Assembly (NCBI RefSeq): GCF_964213995.1
Contig: NC_135815.1
Coordinates: 3,038,001-3,102,000, forward strand
Direction of reading: 5' to 3'
Length of the DNA: 64,000 bases
DNA from: Mustelus asterias
Lineage: Eukaryota
Position numbers and translations under genes: made by a program. Positions within the stretch are counted from its first letter, which is position 1, and every line of letters begins with the position of its first letter. The notes beneath the pieces were generated by a model that was not told where the DNA came from, did no database searches, and worked only from the letters and a program-made list of their open reading frames with translations. Shown piece after piece: positions 11,408 to 23,980 of this stretch.

Positions 11408-12118
11408 CAGATAGTTGATATACAAGGAAAAGCAAGGGCACCAACGCTGACCCATGGGGAATTCCAATACAAACCTTCTACCAATCTGAAAAGCATCCAT
11501 TAACCACTGTGCTCTGTTACCTGTTGTGCAGCCAGTTTTGTATCTGTTTTGGTACTGTCCCTTTTACCCCATGAGCTATAATTTTGCTCCGAGGTCTGTT
11601 GTGTGGCACTGTACCAAATGCCTTTTGTTAGTCCATGTACACCACATGTACAACATTGCTCTCATCAACCTTCTCTTACCTCTTCAAAAAATGCCAGCAA
11701 ATTAGTCGAATATGATGTTCTCTTCAGAAATCCATGCTGATTTTTCTCTGACTACTAATTTTGTCCCAAATTATTGTTTCGACAGGTTTCTCCATGACTG
11801 AATTTAAACCAACTGGCCTGTAATTCCTTGGCTTTTTTGAAGAAGGATGTAACTTCTCCAATCTTCTGGCACCATTGAGTCTAAAACAAGACTAAGAAAT
11901 TCTGGCGAGTGGATCCGCAGTTTGCATTCTGATTTCCCTTGATATCTCATCTGGTCTGGTGCCTTACCAACACCAAGTACACAGCCTACCAATACTTCCT
12001 CGTTATCTGTTGTAAACCCTTCTAGTGTCTGAATTATCTTCGCATTTGTTCATTTAATCCTTTAACTATGCCCCTGCCTCCAGGTTTAAATCCACTTTTT
12101 GGACCCTAATCAGCCCTC

Positions 12119-12437
12119 GAATCATAGAATTCCGACAGTGCAGAAGGAGGCGATTGAGCCTATCGAGTCTGCACCGACTACAATCCCACCCAGGCCCTAT
12201 TCCCGTAACCCCACATATTTACTCTGCTAATCCCCCTGACACTAAGGTCAACTTAGCATGGCCAATCAACCTAACCCATACATCTTTGGACTGTGGGATA
12301 AAACCAGAGCACCCGGAGGAAACCCACGCAGACACTGGGGGGAACATGCAGACTCTGCACAGACAGTGACCCAAGGCCGGAATTGAACCTGGGTCCCTGG
12401 CGCTGTGAGGCAGCAATGCTAACCACCGTGCCACAGC
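12119..12437 (-). mobile_element. HE1-type SINE
   Basis: Reverse complement of the HE1 head, body and attctatgatt tail. Confidence 0.88.
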
Positions 12438-12609
12438 ACTGCACTATTCCTCCTTTTACCATTTTTTAATGATTTATATGCCTAAAGACGACTCTGTTAT
12501 TCCCTTTCATGTTGGCTGTTGTCTCTTTTCATAATTCGCACTCTGCATCTCTTATCTGCTTTTTCACCTCCCCTCTGAACCTTTTTAAAGTCAACCTGGT
12601 TCTCAATTG

Positions 12610-13637
12610 AACATAGAACATAGAAGAGTACTGCACAGAACAGGCCCTTCGGCCCACGATGTTGTGCCGAGCTTTATCTGAAACCAAGATCAAGCTATCC
12701 CACTCCCTATCATCCTGGTGTGCTCAATGTGCCTATCCAATAACCGCTTAAATGTTCCTAAAGTGTCTGACTCCACTATCACTGCAGGCAGTCCATTCCA
12801 CACCCCAACCACTCTCTGCGGAAAGAACCTACCTCTGATATCCTTCCTATATCTCCCACCACCAACCCTATAGTTATGCCCCCTTGTAATAGCTCCATCC
12901 ACCCGAGGAAATAGTCTTTGAATGTTCACTCTATCTATCCCCTTCATCATTTTATAAACCTCTATTAAGTCTCCCCTCAGCCTCCTCCGCTCCAGAGAGA
13001 ACAGCCCTAGCTCCCTCAACCTTTCCTCATAAGACCTACCCTCCAAACCAGGCAGAATTCTGGTAAATCTCCTCTGCACTCTTTCCAGCGCTTCCACATC
13101 CTTCTTATAGTGAGGTGACCAGAACTGCACACAATATTCCAAATGTGGTCTCACCAAGGTCCTGTACAGTTGTAGCATAACCCCACGGCTCTTAAACTCC
13201 AACCCCCTGTTAATAAAAGCTAACACACTATAGGCCTTCTTCACAACTCTATCCACTTGAGTGGCAACCTTTAGAGATCTGTGGATATGAACCCCAAGAT
13301 CTCTCTGTTCCTCCAGTCTTCAGAACCCTACCTTTGACCCTGTGATCCACATTTAAATTAGTCCTACCAAAATGAATCACCTCACATTTATCAGGGTTAA
13401 ACTCCATTTGCCATTTTTCAGCCCAGCTTTGCATCCTATCTATGTCTCTTTGCAGCCTACAACAGCCCTCCACCTCATCCACTACTCCACCAATCTTGGT
13501 GTCATCAGCAAATTTACTGATCCACCCTTCAGCCCCCTCCTCTAAGTCATTAATAAAAATCACAAAGAGCAGAGGACCAAGCACTGATCCCTGCGGCACT
13601 CCGCTAGCAACCTGCCTCCAATCCGAAAATTTTCCAT
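12610..13637 (-). mobile_element. Young CR1 LINE (one frameshift)
   Basis: ORFs 13249-13722 ([16 protein letters not shown]) and 12690-13256; (ttctatg)n tail. Confidence 0.9.
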
Positions 13638-14321
13638 CGATTTTCCATGGATTTTTTTTAACCTGATACTTGTCACAAACACACTCTTTCTTCTTTACCT
13701 TAATTCCTGTCTCCTTTTTCATCCAGCTATGCTGGATTTGTTTACCCTATCTTTCCTTTTGAGGGAATATATCTCGACCTTCTTTGAAGGTAGCCACTGA
13801 TCAGCTATCGTTTCTCCTGCTAACTTTTAGCTCCAGTTTATTTGGTTCTGATCTATTCTTACCCCTTTGAAATTGACTTTCCCCCAGTTAACTATTCGTG
13901 CTCTAGATTTCCATTCACCTTTTCTGTAGTTAGCCTAAACATTATGCTACAATGATCACTGTTCTCCAAGTGCTCCCCAATATCATTTAAAGTACTTGGC
14001 CTGCTCATTCCGAAAAGCCAGCTCTAGCAGCGCCTCCTTTCACACTAGACTGGAAACACACTGCTGAACAACATTCCCTGAATACACTCGGAACTCTTGT
14101 CCCCCTCAGTCTTTTACACCACGACTAATGAAAGTTCCCAATTCTAACTACAATTTTTGTACCTCTCTGCAATTTCCTTCTACATTTCCTGCACTTGTTG
14201 GTGGCATATTGACGACACCAAGCATTGTAACTGCACCTTTTTTGTGTCTTAGCTCGAGCAAGATTGATTCTGTCCTTGGACCCTTTGGGGCATCCTCTTT
14301 CTCCAGCACTGCAATGTTCAC

Positions 14322-14584
14322 CATAGAGTCTTAGAGGTTTACAGCATGGAAACAGGCCCTTCGGCCCAACTCGTCCATGCTGCTTTTTTTTAACCACTAA
14401 GCTAGTCCCACGTTTGGCCCAGATCCCTTTGTATCTATCTTACCCACGTAACTGTCTAAATGCTTTTTAAAAGGCAAAATTGTACCCGCCCCTACTACTA
14501 CCTCTGGCAGCTTGTACCAGACACTCACCACCCTATGTGAAAAAATTGCCCCCCTGGACACTTTTGTATCTCTCTCCTCTCACC
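14322..14584 (-). mobile_element. CR1 3' fragment
   Basis: Same 3' UTR as the copy at 25102-26800. Confidence 0.75.
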
Positions 14585-14957
14585 AGGTCTCTGTTAAAGC
14601 CATGTCATATTTCCACATGGCAACCTGTGTCTGTAACTCACCGATCTTAGTTACCACACTCTTCACTTACGTGCACCTAATCCTGATTTTGTTTCTTTCT
14701 CCTTACTCTGACCCAATCTACTAGCTTACTACTTTCTATTTCAGTGCTGTCTGTCTCTCCATATATTTTGTGCACCCTGATATTCCTCTCTGATATTACG
14801 TACAGGTTCAAATCCGTTTAAACCCAATGGCACTAGCAAAACTCAATCTCCAGTCTACTTTGTGCAACCCACCTTTAAAGATTCCATCTCCAGCGGAGCC
14901 AGCTACAATGTCCCAAGTATCTAAAGCCCTTCCCCTTGCACCATCTATCAACACATT

Positions 14958-15315
14958 CTTTCTTTTTATTCGTTGATGGGACACGGGCTTCACTGGCTGG
15001 CCAGCATTTACTGCCCACCCCTAGTTGCCCGAGGACAGTTGAGAGTCCACCACATTGCTGTGGCTCTGGAGTCACATGTAGGCCAGGCCAGGCAAGGATA
15101 GCAGATTTCCTTCCCTGAAGGACATTAGTGAACCAGATGGGTTCTCCCGACAATCGACAATGGTTTCATGGTCATCAGTAGATTCTTATTCCAGATTTTT
15201 AAAAATTGAATTCAAATTCCACCATCAGCTGTGCTGGGATTCGAACCCGGGTCCCCAGAACAGCTGAGTTTCTGGATTAATAGTCTTGCGATAATACCAC
15301 TCGGCCATCACCATG
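14958..15315 (-). mobile_element. tRNA-derived SINE family B (LINE-B tail)
   Basis: B box GGGTTCGAATCCC; central aaccattgtcgattgtcg..ggttcactaatgtcc domain; tail gggcaactagggg..gtaaatgctggcc shared with LINE B. Confidence 0.8.
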
Positions 15316-15809
15316 TCTAGGCTTTTTCGAATGGCTTTATCCTCCTACTTCTACAATCATGGCACTGGGAGTAACTTGGAGATTATGATTTTTCAGGTCT
15401 GTCTCAATTGCTAATTTCCTACCTAGCTCCCTAAATTCTGACTTCAGGACCACATCCCTCTTTCTACCCATGTCACTGGTACCAATACGGACCACAACTG
15501 CTGGCTGTTCACCCTCTCCCTCCACAGAATGCATGGCAGAGACTCAGTGATGTCCTTGACTCTGGCACCAGAGAGGCAACGCACAATCCTGCATTCATGT
15601 CTGTGGCCGCAGTAAGATCTATTTTCCATAACTATCAAATCGTCCATCACTATCGCTCTTCCTAATTTTTTTGTACCAACTTGTATAGTTGAGCCTCTTA
15701 TGGACTCATGGACGTAGCTCTGGCAACACTCCCCAGATAAGCCATCAATCTTATCAGTATTCAGAACTGGATACTGGTTGAAGAATGGGATGCACTTGCC
15801 AGCACCACT

Positions 15810-17260
15810 GACTCCTGACCTCATTACAGCCTTGGTTCAAACATGGACGAAAGAGCTGAATTCCAGAGGTGAGTTGAGAGTGACTGCCCTTGACATCAAG
15901 GCAGCATTTGACTAAGTGTGGCATCAAGGAGCCCAAGTGAAACTGGAGTCAATAGGAATCGGGGGAAAACTCCGCTGGTTGGAGTCATACCTGGCACGAT
16001 GGAAGGTGGTTGTGGTGGTTGGAGGCCAATGTCTCAGCTCCAGGACATCTCTGCAGGAGTTCCTCAGGGGAGTGTCCTCGGTCCAACCATCTTCAGCTGC
16101 TTCATCAATGACTGTCCCTCCATCTTAAGGTCAGAAGTGGGGATGTTTGCTGATGACTGCACAATGTTCAGCACCATTCGGAACTCCACAGATAGTGAAG
16201 CAGTCCATGTCCAAACGCAGTAAGACCCGGGCAACATTCAGGCTCAGGCTGATAAGTGGCAAATAATATTCATGCCAGACAAATGCCAGGCAATGACCTC
16301 CTCCAACAAGAGGGAGTCCAATTATCTTCCCTTGACATTCCATAGTATTACCATTGCTAAGTCCCCCACTATCAACATCCCGTGGGTTACCACTAAAAAG
16401 AAACTGAACTGGACAAGGCATATAAATATTCTGCAGTGAGCAACTCACCTCCTGACTCCCCAAAGTCTGTCCACCATCTACAAGGCACAAGTCAGGAGCG
16501 TAATGGAGTAATATCCACTTGCCTGGACGGCGGCACAGTGGCACAGTGGTTAGCACTGCTGCCTCTCAGCGCCAAGGACCCGGGTTCGATTCCTGACTTG
16601 GGTCAATATCTGTGTGGAGTTTGCACGTTCCCCCTCTGTCTGCATGGGTTTCCTCCGGGTGCTCCAGTTTCCTCCCACACTCTGAAAAATGTGCTGGTTA
16701 GGTGGATTGGCCACACTAAATTCTCCCTCAGTGTATCTGAACAGGGCTGGAATGTGGTGACTGGGGGATTTTCACAGTAACTTCATTGCAGTGTTAATGT
16801 AAGCCTACTTGTGACTAATAAATAAACTTTAAACTTTGAGTACAACTCCAACAACACTGAAGAAGCTCAACACCATCCAGGCCAAAGCTGGCTGCTTGAC
16901 TGGCACCCCATTTACCAATTTTAATATCTATCTCTGCATTACTGACGAACAGTTGCAGCAGTGTGTACCATCTACAAGATGCGCTGCAACAACTCACCTT
17001 CGAAAGCACCTGCCAAACCCACAACCTCCACCCACCTAGATTCCAGAAGGTCAAGGGCATCAAATGATTGAGAATACCACCACCTGCACATTCCCCTCCA
17101 AGCCAACTCCCTCCCCAACAGCACTGTGGGTGTACCTACACCACATGGACAGCAGTGATTCAAGAATGCGCACACTTACACCTTCTCAAGGGCAATTAAG
17201 GATCAGAAATAGAATTGCTGGCCGAGCCAGCGATCCCCACATCCTGTGAAAGAATAAACA
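15810..17260 (+). mobile_element. LINE family B relic interrupted by a SINE
   Basis: [11 protein letters not shown] and GMFADD in ORF 15918-16223; LINE-B 3' tail. Confidence 0.8.
16528..16835 (+). mobile_element. HE1-like SINE with alternative 3' tail
   Basis: HE1-like head, but ends ggattttcacagtaacttcattgcagtgttaatgtaagcctacttgtgactaataaataaa. Confidence 0.8.
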
Positions 17261-19065
17261 CTCTCAGTCTCCTGCATTACCTGTTTCTTTTTGACTGTCT
17301 GGTGGTCACCCTTTCTCTCTCATCCTGCATAATCTTAAGTTGTGGGGTAACTACATCCAGAAACGTGTATCCACAACTTCCTGGATGCTCTGCGATGATG
17401 CCAGCTGCTGTTCCAGTTCCAAACCCAGAGCTCAGGTTGCTGCAGTTGATGATACGTCCTGCACAAAGATTATCCAGGACACGGGAGCTATCCTGGAGGT
17501 TCCCACATATCACAGAATGTGCGCCCTCATGGTTAGACCAGCCTGCCATTCCTCTGTTAGTAATAAAGTTGCTGCTACTAACAAACCTTGCTACTGTGAA
17601 TAAATCTTTAACAATGTTTAAGAAATGATAATTACAAGGGGGCACAAGTTCAAGGAAGGGGGAAAAGGTTCAGTGGAGATGTGTGAGGGAAGTTTTTTTT
17701 TTACATAGAAGGTGATGCATGGAATGCACTGCCAAGTGAGTTGATTGAGGCAGTTACGTTAGCCACATTTAAGACTTATTTTGATAAGCATATGAACAAA
17801 AGGGGAATAGAGGGATATAAACGGTTGGTCCAGAAGAGGTAAACGTGATTGGCGCAGGCTTGGAGATCCAAAGGGCCTGTTCCTGTGTTGTACTGTTCTT
17901 TGTTCTTTTGTAATGCTAATAAACCTTACTGTTAATAAACCTTACCAATTCTAATTAACTTTACTAATTCTTACAATTCCTACTAATACTGAACACACCT
18001 TACTACGAGTAAGGAGCCTTACTTTTTAATAAAAATCAGACATAGCAGAATATTCCATAGTTTAGATGGGAAATACTCACCAGCTAAACACTTACCTGCT
18101 TTCCTGTGATGTCACACCTGGATTTTCCTTTTCGAATTCAGGTTCTGATTGCCGACCCCCACTATTCCTGCTGCTCGGACTGAGCTCCTGCCTTCCCCCT
18201 CCGTGCTGCTAAAAGCCCCTTTGCTCTTGCTGCTTCTTATCATTCAGATTGAGCTCTCTCCTTCGCTCTCTGCATTGATTGTATCGCTGCTGTTCTCACT
18301 GTTTCTCACCGCTCAGGCGGAGTTCTTTGCCTTCGTTCTGTGCAGTTGTATGAAGACCGTTACAAAGAGAGCACCGCAGCACTGCAACTCACCACCTCAA
18401 AGAAAAGCAACAAATGCCAGCACTGCCAGTGATGCCACACTCTGGGAATGAATTGGAGAAAAAAACATTTCTCCTTTTTACCCACTTAGAATATTCCAAA
18501 CTGCTGAAACGTGGCAGAGGAATAGCCTAATTTACAAGTCGCCAGAACAAAGTACAGATTTCAGACAGAAACCATTTGGACATTAAGGCAAACTGCAAAA
18601 CAATCTCACTCAGCAAAAGAAACTCTCAGGCATTCGTTCCAACTAACTGGACTTGGACCATCACAAGATAAAACCACAAGTCATTGCACAATCACGATCA
18701 CATTCTTAATCACAGATTGAAGTGTTTTATACCCACCAAACAAAACAATCTATTCAGAGCACAGTAAGTCACACATTCAGTTCTAAGAGATTAACTCATA
18801 AACCTTTTATACCTCACATGACAGGTCAGCAAATTTTTTAAATGCTAAAGCATTCTTCCAAAAACAACTCGTTATTATTTTTTGCACTGGGAGGTCTTGT
18901 GCAACAGCGGGTAATGTCCCTACCTCAGGGTCAAGAGCTCTGGGCTCAAGTCCCAAACAGGATTTGTTGGCCACGGAAAAATGCTGTCCCCAATATGGTT
19001 CAACAGGCTGCTAATCAGCCCAGGAATCTGTTCACTACCTCCCCACTATTCCCTGCAGGAGAAAC

Positions 19066-19340
19066 ATGTGTGCGCACGTGTGTGTGTGTATGTGCGTGTG
19101 CAGTTACACAATAAAAATCATTGCACAACTAGGATGGTAAAAGGTGAATGCAATAGACCTCGAGTTTTTGTTCAGCAATTCCAGCGTTCCCAGAACACAC
19201 ACACACAAACACAGTGCGCGCGCATGCACCCACACACCCGTACGTGCGCCCACACACACATGCGCGCGCACACAGACAACACATGCAAACACTACACAAA
19301 CAAACACAACACACACGCACACACGTGTACGCACACACAC
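19066..19340. repeat. Degenerate (GT)n/(CA)n microsatellite mosaic
   Basis: tgtgtgcgcacgtgtgtgtg and acacacacaaacac runs. Confidence 0.85.
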
Positions 19341-20094
19341 CTTTTAAAAAACTGAGCTAAATAGAAACTTGGTTCACTAGAGATAGAAAGGATTACAATG
19401 ATTTATAATGATAAAGGCACAATAACAATGTAAGCTGCTGCACAAGAACCCCTGTTGTAACCTCACATAAAAATAAATTAAAAATACGATGCAGAGGCAG
19501 CCAAAGAGTCATCGCAACACAGGAGGGGGCCATTCGCTCCACTGAATCCATGCTAGCTCTCTGTAGAGTAATCCAATCAGTCCCATTGACCACTCCATCT
19601 CTGTCATCCTGCAAATTTATTGCAAATCAGCGATCTTCCTGAAGGCGAGTTCTCTGCTCACTTCTCCACACCTCAGTTTTGTGCTTCCATCTTCAGTCGT
19701 TCATAGGCACCTCCCAGTTTAAATTTCAAGTGATCTAACATTCTCTATCACCTGCTTGGTTTACAGCCCTTTACCCTGGGAGCACCGCCATCTTCAAGTT
19801 TATCTCCAAGTCACTCACCATCCTGACTTAGAAATATATCACCGTTCCTTCACTGTGGCTGGGTCAAAATCCTGGAATTCCCTCCCTAACAACACTGTGG
19901 GTAGGCGCCAGATGGAATGCAGCGGTTCAGGAAGACAGCTCACCAACACCTTCTCAAGAGCAATTAGGGATAGACAATAAAAATGCTGCCAAGCCAGCAA
20001 CGCCCATATCCCATAAAATGAAGAACAAAAACAATCTTCCTTCAATCACCTCCAGTAATTTCCTATATCCTAAAATGTGGCCAATCAACCTTTT

Positions 20095-20440
20095 TTGATT
20101 TGATTTATTATTGTCACATGTATTAGCATACAGTGAAAAGTATTGTTTCTTGCATGCTATACAGAGCATACCGTTCATAGAGAAGAGAATGAGAGGGTGC
20201 AGAATGTATGTTACAGTCATAGCTAGGGTAGAGGAAGATCAACTCAATGCACAGTCCATTCAAAAGTCTGATGGCAGCAGGGAAGAAGCTGTTCGAGTCA
20301 GTTGGTACATGACCTCAGACTTTTGTATCTTTTTCCTGATGAAAGGAGGTGCAAGAGAGAATGTCCGGGGTGCGTGGGGTCCTTGATTATGCTGGCTGCT
20401 TTGCTGAGGCAGCGGGAAGTGTAGACAGAGTCAATGGATG
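20095..20440 (-). mobile_element. Rex1/Babar-like LINE 3' end
   Basis: Peptide SIDSVYTSRCLSKAASIIKDPTHPGHSL; tail tgtgacaataataaatcaaatcaaa. Confidence 0.8.
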
Positions 20441-20554
20441 TCTTTTCTTTACAATGTGCCATATTGATCTTTCCTCTTTCACCATCGTGACAATTTCTTT
20501 CAGTATTCTCTTGTTCTTTCCACCTGATCCACTCCATCCTTCTCCAGGACCACA

Positions 20555-20757
20555 TTTCACTCAAGAACAGCTTCTTCCCTGCTGCCATCAGGCTTTTGAA
20601 TGGGCCTACCTCACATTAAGTTGATCTTTCTCTACACCCTAGCTATTCTGCACTCTCTCCTTTCCCTCTCTATGAACGGTATGCTTTGGCTGTTTCGTGC
20701 ACAAGAAACAATATTTTTCACTGTATGTTAATACATGTGACAATAATAAATCAAATA
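20555..20757 (+). mobile_element. Rex1/Babar-like LINE 3' end (inverted partner)
   Basis: aagaacagcttcttccctgctgccatcagg ... tgtgacaataataaatcaaat. Confidence 0.8.
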
Positions 20758-21294
20758 AAAGCTTTCCAGCTTTTGAATGTCCACTTTTCATAAGCTCTGT
20801 GTTTCAGCCTCGTACAACTGGACACTCCAAATTACTGCCTTGGTAATTCTTTCCTGAAAATCTTTACTCATTCCTGTGCTGAGTAATTCTTCATGTTTGG
20901 AAAATCATTCTTTACCATTGTTATTCTGGCTGATTTCTTCCGGTTAGTGACCGTCTTCTGTCAAGATGCTTCCCACAAACTTAAATTGTAATATCTGTTC
21001 CACCATTTACCATCTGCTTTTCCATTCTTTCAATCTTCAGAACTTTTGTCTTTTTTTACATTAATTTCCATTCTTGAAACATCATATAATTTCCTTTGAA
21101 ATCATTCATCGTCTCTGTCTGCCCTGGTGGGCAGCGAGTTCAGGTCATTACCATTTGCTGGTTTAAAACATTTTTCCTCCTCTATCTCTCGCTGGAAACC
21201 TTGTCCCTGACACCTTGCAACATCAGCTAGTGGGAAGAGCTTTTCTTTCTCAATCTCATCTAAACTGAGGAGGATTGTCAGAGGATACAGCAGG

Positions 21295-21985
21295 GATTTG
21301 CAGCCTTCACTGCGGGAGTGGAGCCGAGCTGGGACAGACAGAGAGAGATAGCCGGGTTAAGGTAAGAGTATAAATATTTTACCTCAGGGATTTGCGGCCT
21401 TCATTCTGGAAGTGGAACCGGGACGGACAGAGGGGCAGCAGGGTAACGCTGAGACTTTGTTTGTTTCATAATTCGAAAAAACCAGTAACATGACGTCACA
21501 GGAGACTGTGGCCTGATTGGCTGGAAGGGAATCTGGGCTAAATTTGAAAATGTATTCTGAGTTACTGGTTTTAATTTCATTTCAGATCAAGAGGAATAAG
21601 TAATCAGTTTTTAAAAAACGAATTAGTGTAGGAGACTAGTGTATTTAATTATTAATATTTATAGTGGAAATCTAGTACCAGGGACTGTAGAGCTAATTCT
21701 AACCTAAATTTTTTAAATGTTTTATTTGTAAATAAATTCATTAGTGGTATAAATGTCAGTCAGTGGGGTAAAGTGCTTCATCTGTGAGATGTGGGAGATC
21801 CGTGAGACTTCAAGTGTTCTGGACACTTACATCTGCAGGAAGTGCACCCAATTGCAGCTCCTCACAGACCACATGGATTGGTTGGAGCAGCAGTTGGATG
21901 CACTTATGAGTATGCAGATGGCGGAAAGCGTCATAGACAGGAGCTTTAGAGATGTGGCAGGCAGATAGATGGGTGATTGCTAGAA
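21295..21985 (+). mobile_element. CR1 5' UTR plus ORF1 N-terminus (Cys-rich finger)
   Basis: ORF 21753-21968 VKCFICEMWE..YICRKCTQLQLL..LEQQLDAL: CxxC..CxxC plus a coiled coil, typical of CR1 ORF1. Confidence 0.75.
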
Positions 21986-22134
21986 AGTACAGTGCACGAA
22001 TAGGATGGGGAATGGAAGGATACGGACTCCGTAAGTGCATATGGTTTTAGTTTAGACAGGCATCATGATCATCGCAGGCTTGGAGGGCCAAAAGGCCTGT
22101 TCCTGTGCTGTGCTATTTCTTATCTTTATCTTTA

Positions 22135-22977
22135 TAAATTGGCTAGGGACCTGGGCCGAAAGATGGCAAATGGAATTTAACTCAGACAAATGCGAGGTGA
22201 TGCGATTTGCAAGGTCGGCTGCAGAAGGAAAATACACAGTAAATGGTAGAGCCCTTAGAAATATTAGCATACAGAGGGATCTAGGTGTTCAGATCCATAG
22301 TTCCCTGAAGGTGGCAACTCAAGTGGACAAGGTGGTCAAGAAGGCGTCCGGCATGCTGGCCTTCATCGCTCAGCGTGTTGAGTATAGGAATTGGAAAATC
22401 ATGTTGCAGCTATATAAGACTTTGGTTAGGCCACATTTGGAATATTGTGTAAAATTCTGGTCACCACACTACCGGAACGATGTTGATGCACTGGAAAGGG
22501 TGAAGAAGAGATTTAACAAGTGTTGCCTGGTTTGGAGGATATGGACTATGAAGAAAGGTTGAACAAACTTGGATTGTTTTCATTGGAGCGTCAGAGGATG
22601 AGGGGGGACCTGATAGAGGTTTACAAGATATGACAGGCTTGGATAGAGTGGAAAGATGGAGTCTTTTTCCCAGGGTCGAAGAGTCAATTACTCAGGAGGC
22701 ATAGGTTGAACGTGAGAGGGAGAAAGTTTGAAAGAGATGTAAGAGGCAAGCTTTTCACAGAGGGTGGTGAATGCTTGGAACGCGCTGCCGGAGGAGGTGG
22801 CGGAAGCAGATTCTATAACAATGTTCAAGAGGCATCCGGATAGATACATGAATAGGCAGGGAGTAGAGGCTTAGGAACCATGTAACGGCATTAAATACTA
22901 GATTAGAGAGGCATCTGTGTTGGCACAGACTTGGTGGGCCGAAGGGCCTCTTCCTGAGTTGTACTGTTCTTTGTTCT
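22135..22977 (+). mobile_element. 5'-truncated CR1 LINE
   Basis: ORF 22065-22562 WAERWQMEFN..LYKTLVRPHLEYC; (gttcttt) tail. Confidence 0.85.
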
Positions 22978-23016
22978 TAAACCCGCTGTAATCACGTACA
23001 TCTCCATCAAATCTCC

Positions 23017-23348
23017 TGGGCGGCACGGTGGCACAGTAGTTAGTACTGCTTCTTCACAGCACCAGGGACCTGGATTCAATTCCAGCCTTGGGTGACTGTG
23101 TGGAGTTTTCACGTTCTCCCCATGTCTGCGTGGGTTTCCTCCAAGCGCTCCGGTTTCCTCCTGCAATCCAAAGATGTGCGGGTTCGGTGGATTAGTCAGG
23201 GTAACTGTGGTGTGGAGATGCCAGCATTGGACTGGGTGGGTAAATATGTGGGGTTATGGGGATAGGGCAGGGGGGATGCCTGGGTTAAGATCCTCTTTTG
23301 GAGAGTCGGTACAGACGCGACGGATTGAATGGATTATGGGATTCTATT
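23017..23348 (+). mobile_element. HE1-type SINE containing a short Penelope-like terminal fragment
   Basis: HE1 head and tail; internal tgtggagatgccagcattggactgggtgggtaaa at about 23211-23244. Confidence 0.75.
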
Positions 23349-23980
23349 CTAAGTCCTTTGCTCCAAGGAGAACAACCCCAGCTTCTCCAACTGAACCCTA
23401 TAATTAAATTCCACCCACCCCCCCCCGCCCCCCTCAACCCCAACCCCAAAGCCAGATTTCCAGAACCCTTCTGGTAAATCTCCCTCTGCCACCCCTCTGA
23501 AAGTGTGGTAATCAAAACTGGTGCAGTGTCCTAGTTGTGGCCTATTCAGGAGGTTCAGCATAGCTTCCCTGCTTCTGGACTCAATGCCTCTATTTATGAA
23601 ACCCAAGATTCCCTGTGCTTTGTGTCCTGTCACTTTCCAAGGTCTTTGCACATGAACGCACAGGCGCCTCTGTTCCTCCGCACTCTCTACAACAGTGCAA
23701 TCAAGCTTCACATGAGCAAACAATCCACAGCAGATTAATCTGTCCTTTTGCCATGTCCACTCATCCATCTAGCCAATCTACTCTGACATGTTGACATACT
23801 GATGGTGACAGGAGCCAAAGCCAAAATAAAACACGCAGCCTCATAATTCTCTCTGCCCTGTGCTCAGAATCATTTACCTTTAATATGGCCCCTTGATGAT
23901 GAGAAACAGACTGCTTCGATCTACCCTGTCCCATCCTTCCCACAGAGGAGCTCAACACTGTACATAGTTAAAGAGTCATA

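Larger units (their letters stand above)
7950..18130 (-). mobile_element. Old near-full-length CR1 LINE fragmented by many nested insertions
   Basis: Collinear minus-strand pieces: 5'UTR about 18130, ORF1 Cys-rich relic about 17420-17560, esterase-like ORF1 (EGEQPAVVVRIGTSDMGRKRDVVLKSEFRELG, 15337-15800), endonuclease region about 13700-14320, RT pieces 11410-12100, 9490-9790, 8681-8733, 7958-8330. Confidence 0.6.

Noticed and set aside
18393-18441. Apparent 49-nt minus-strand exon with good acceptor and gtgagt donor
   Set aside because: Resembles a degenerate LINE-B tail in reverse (ggcatcactggc..gcatttgttgc..ggtggtgag); no recognisable coding content
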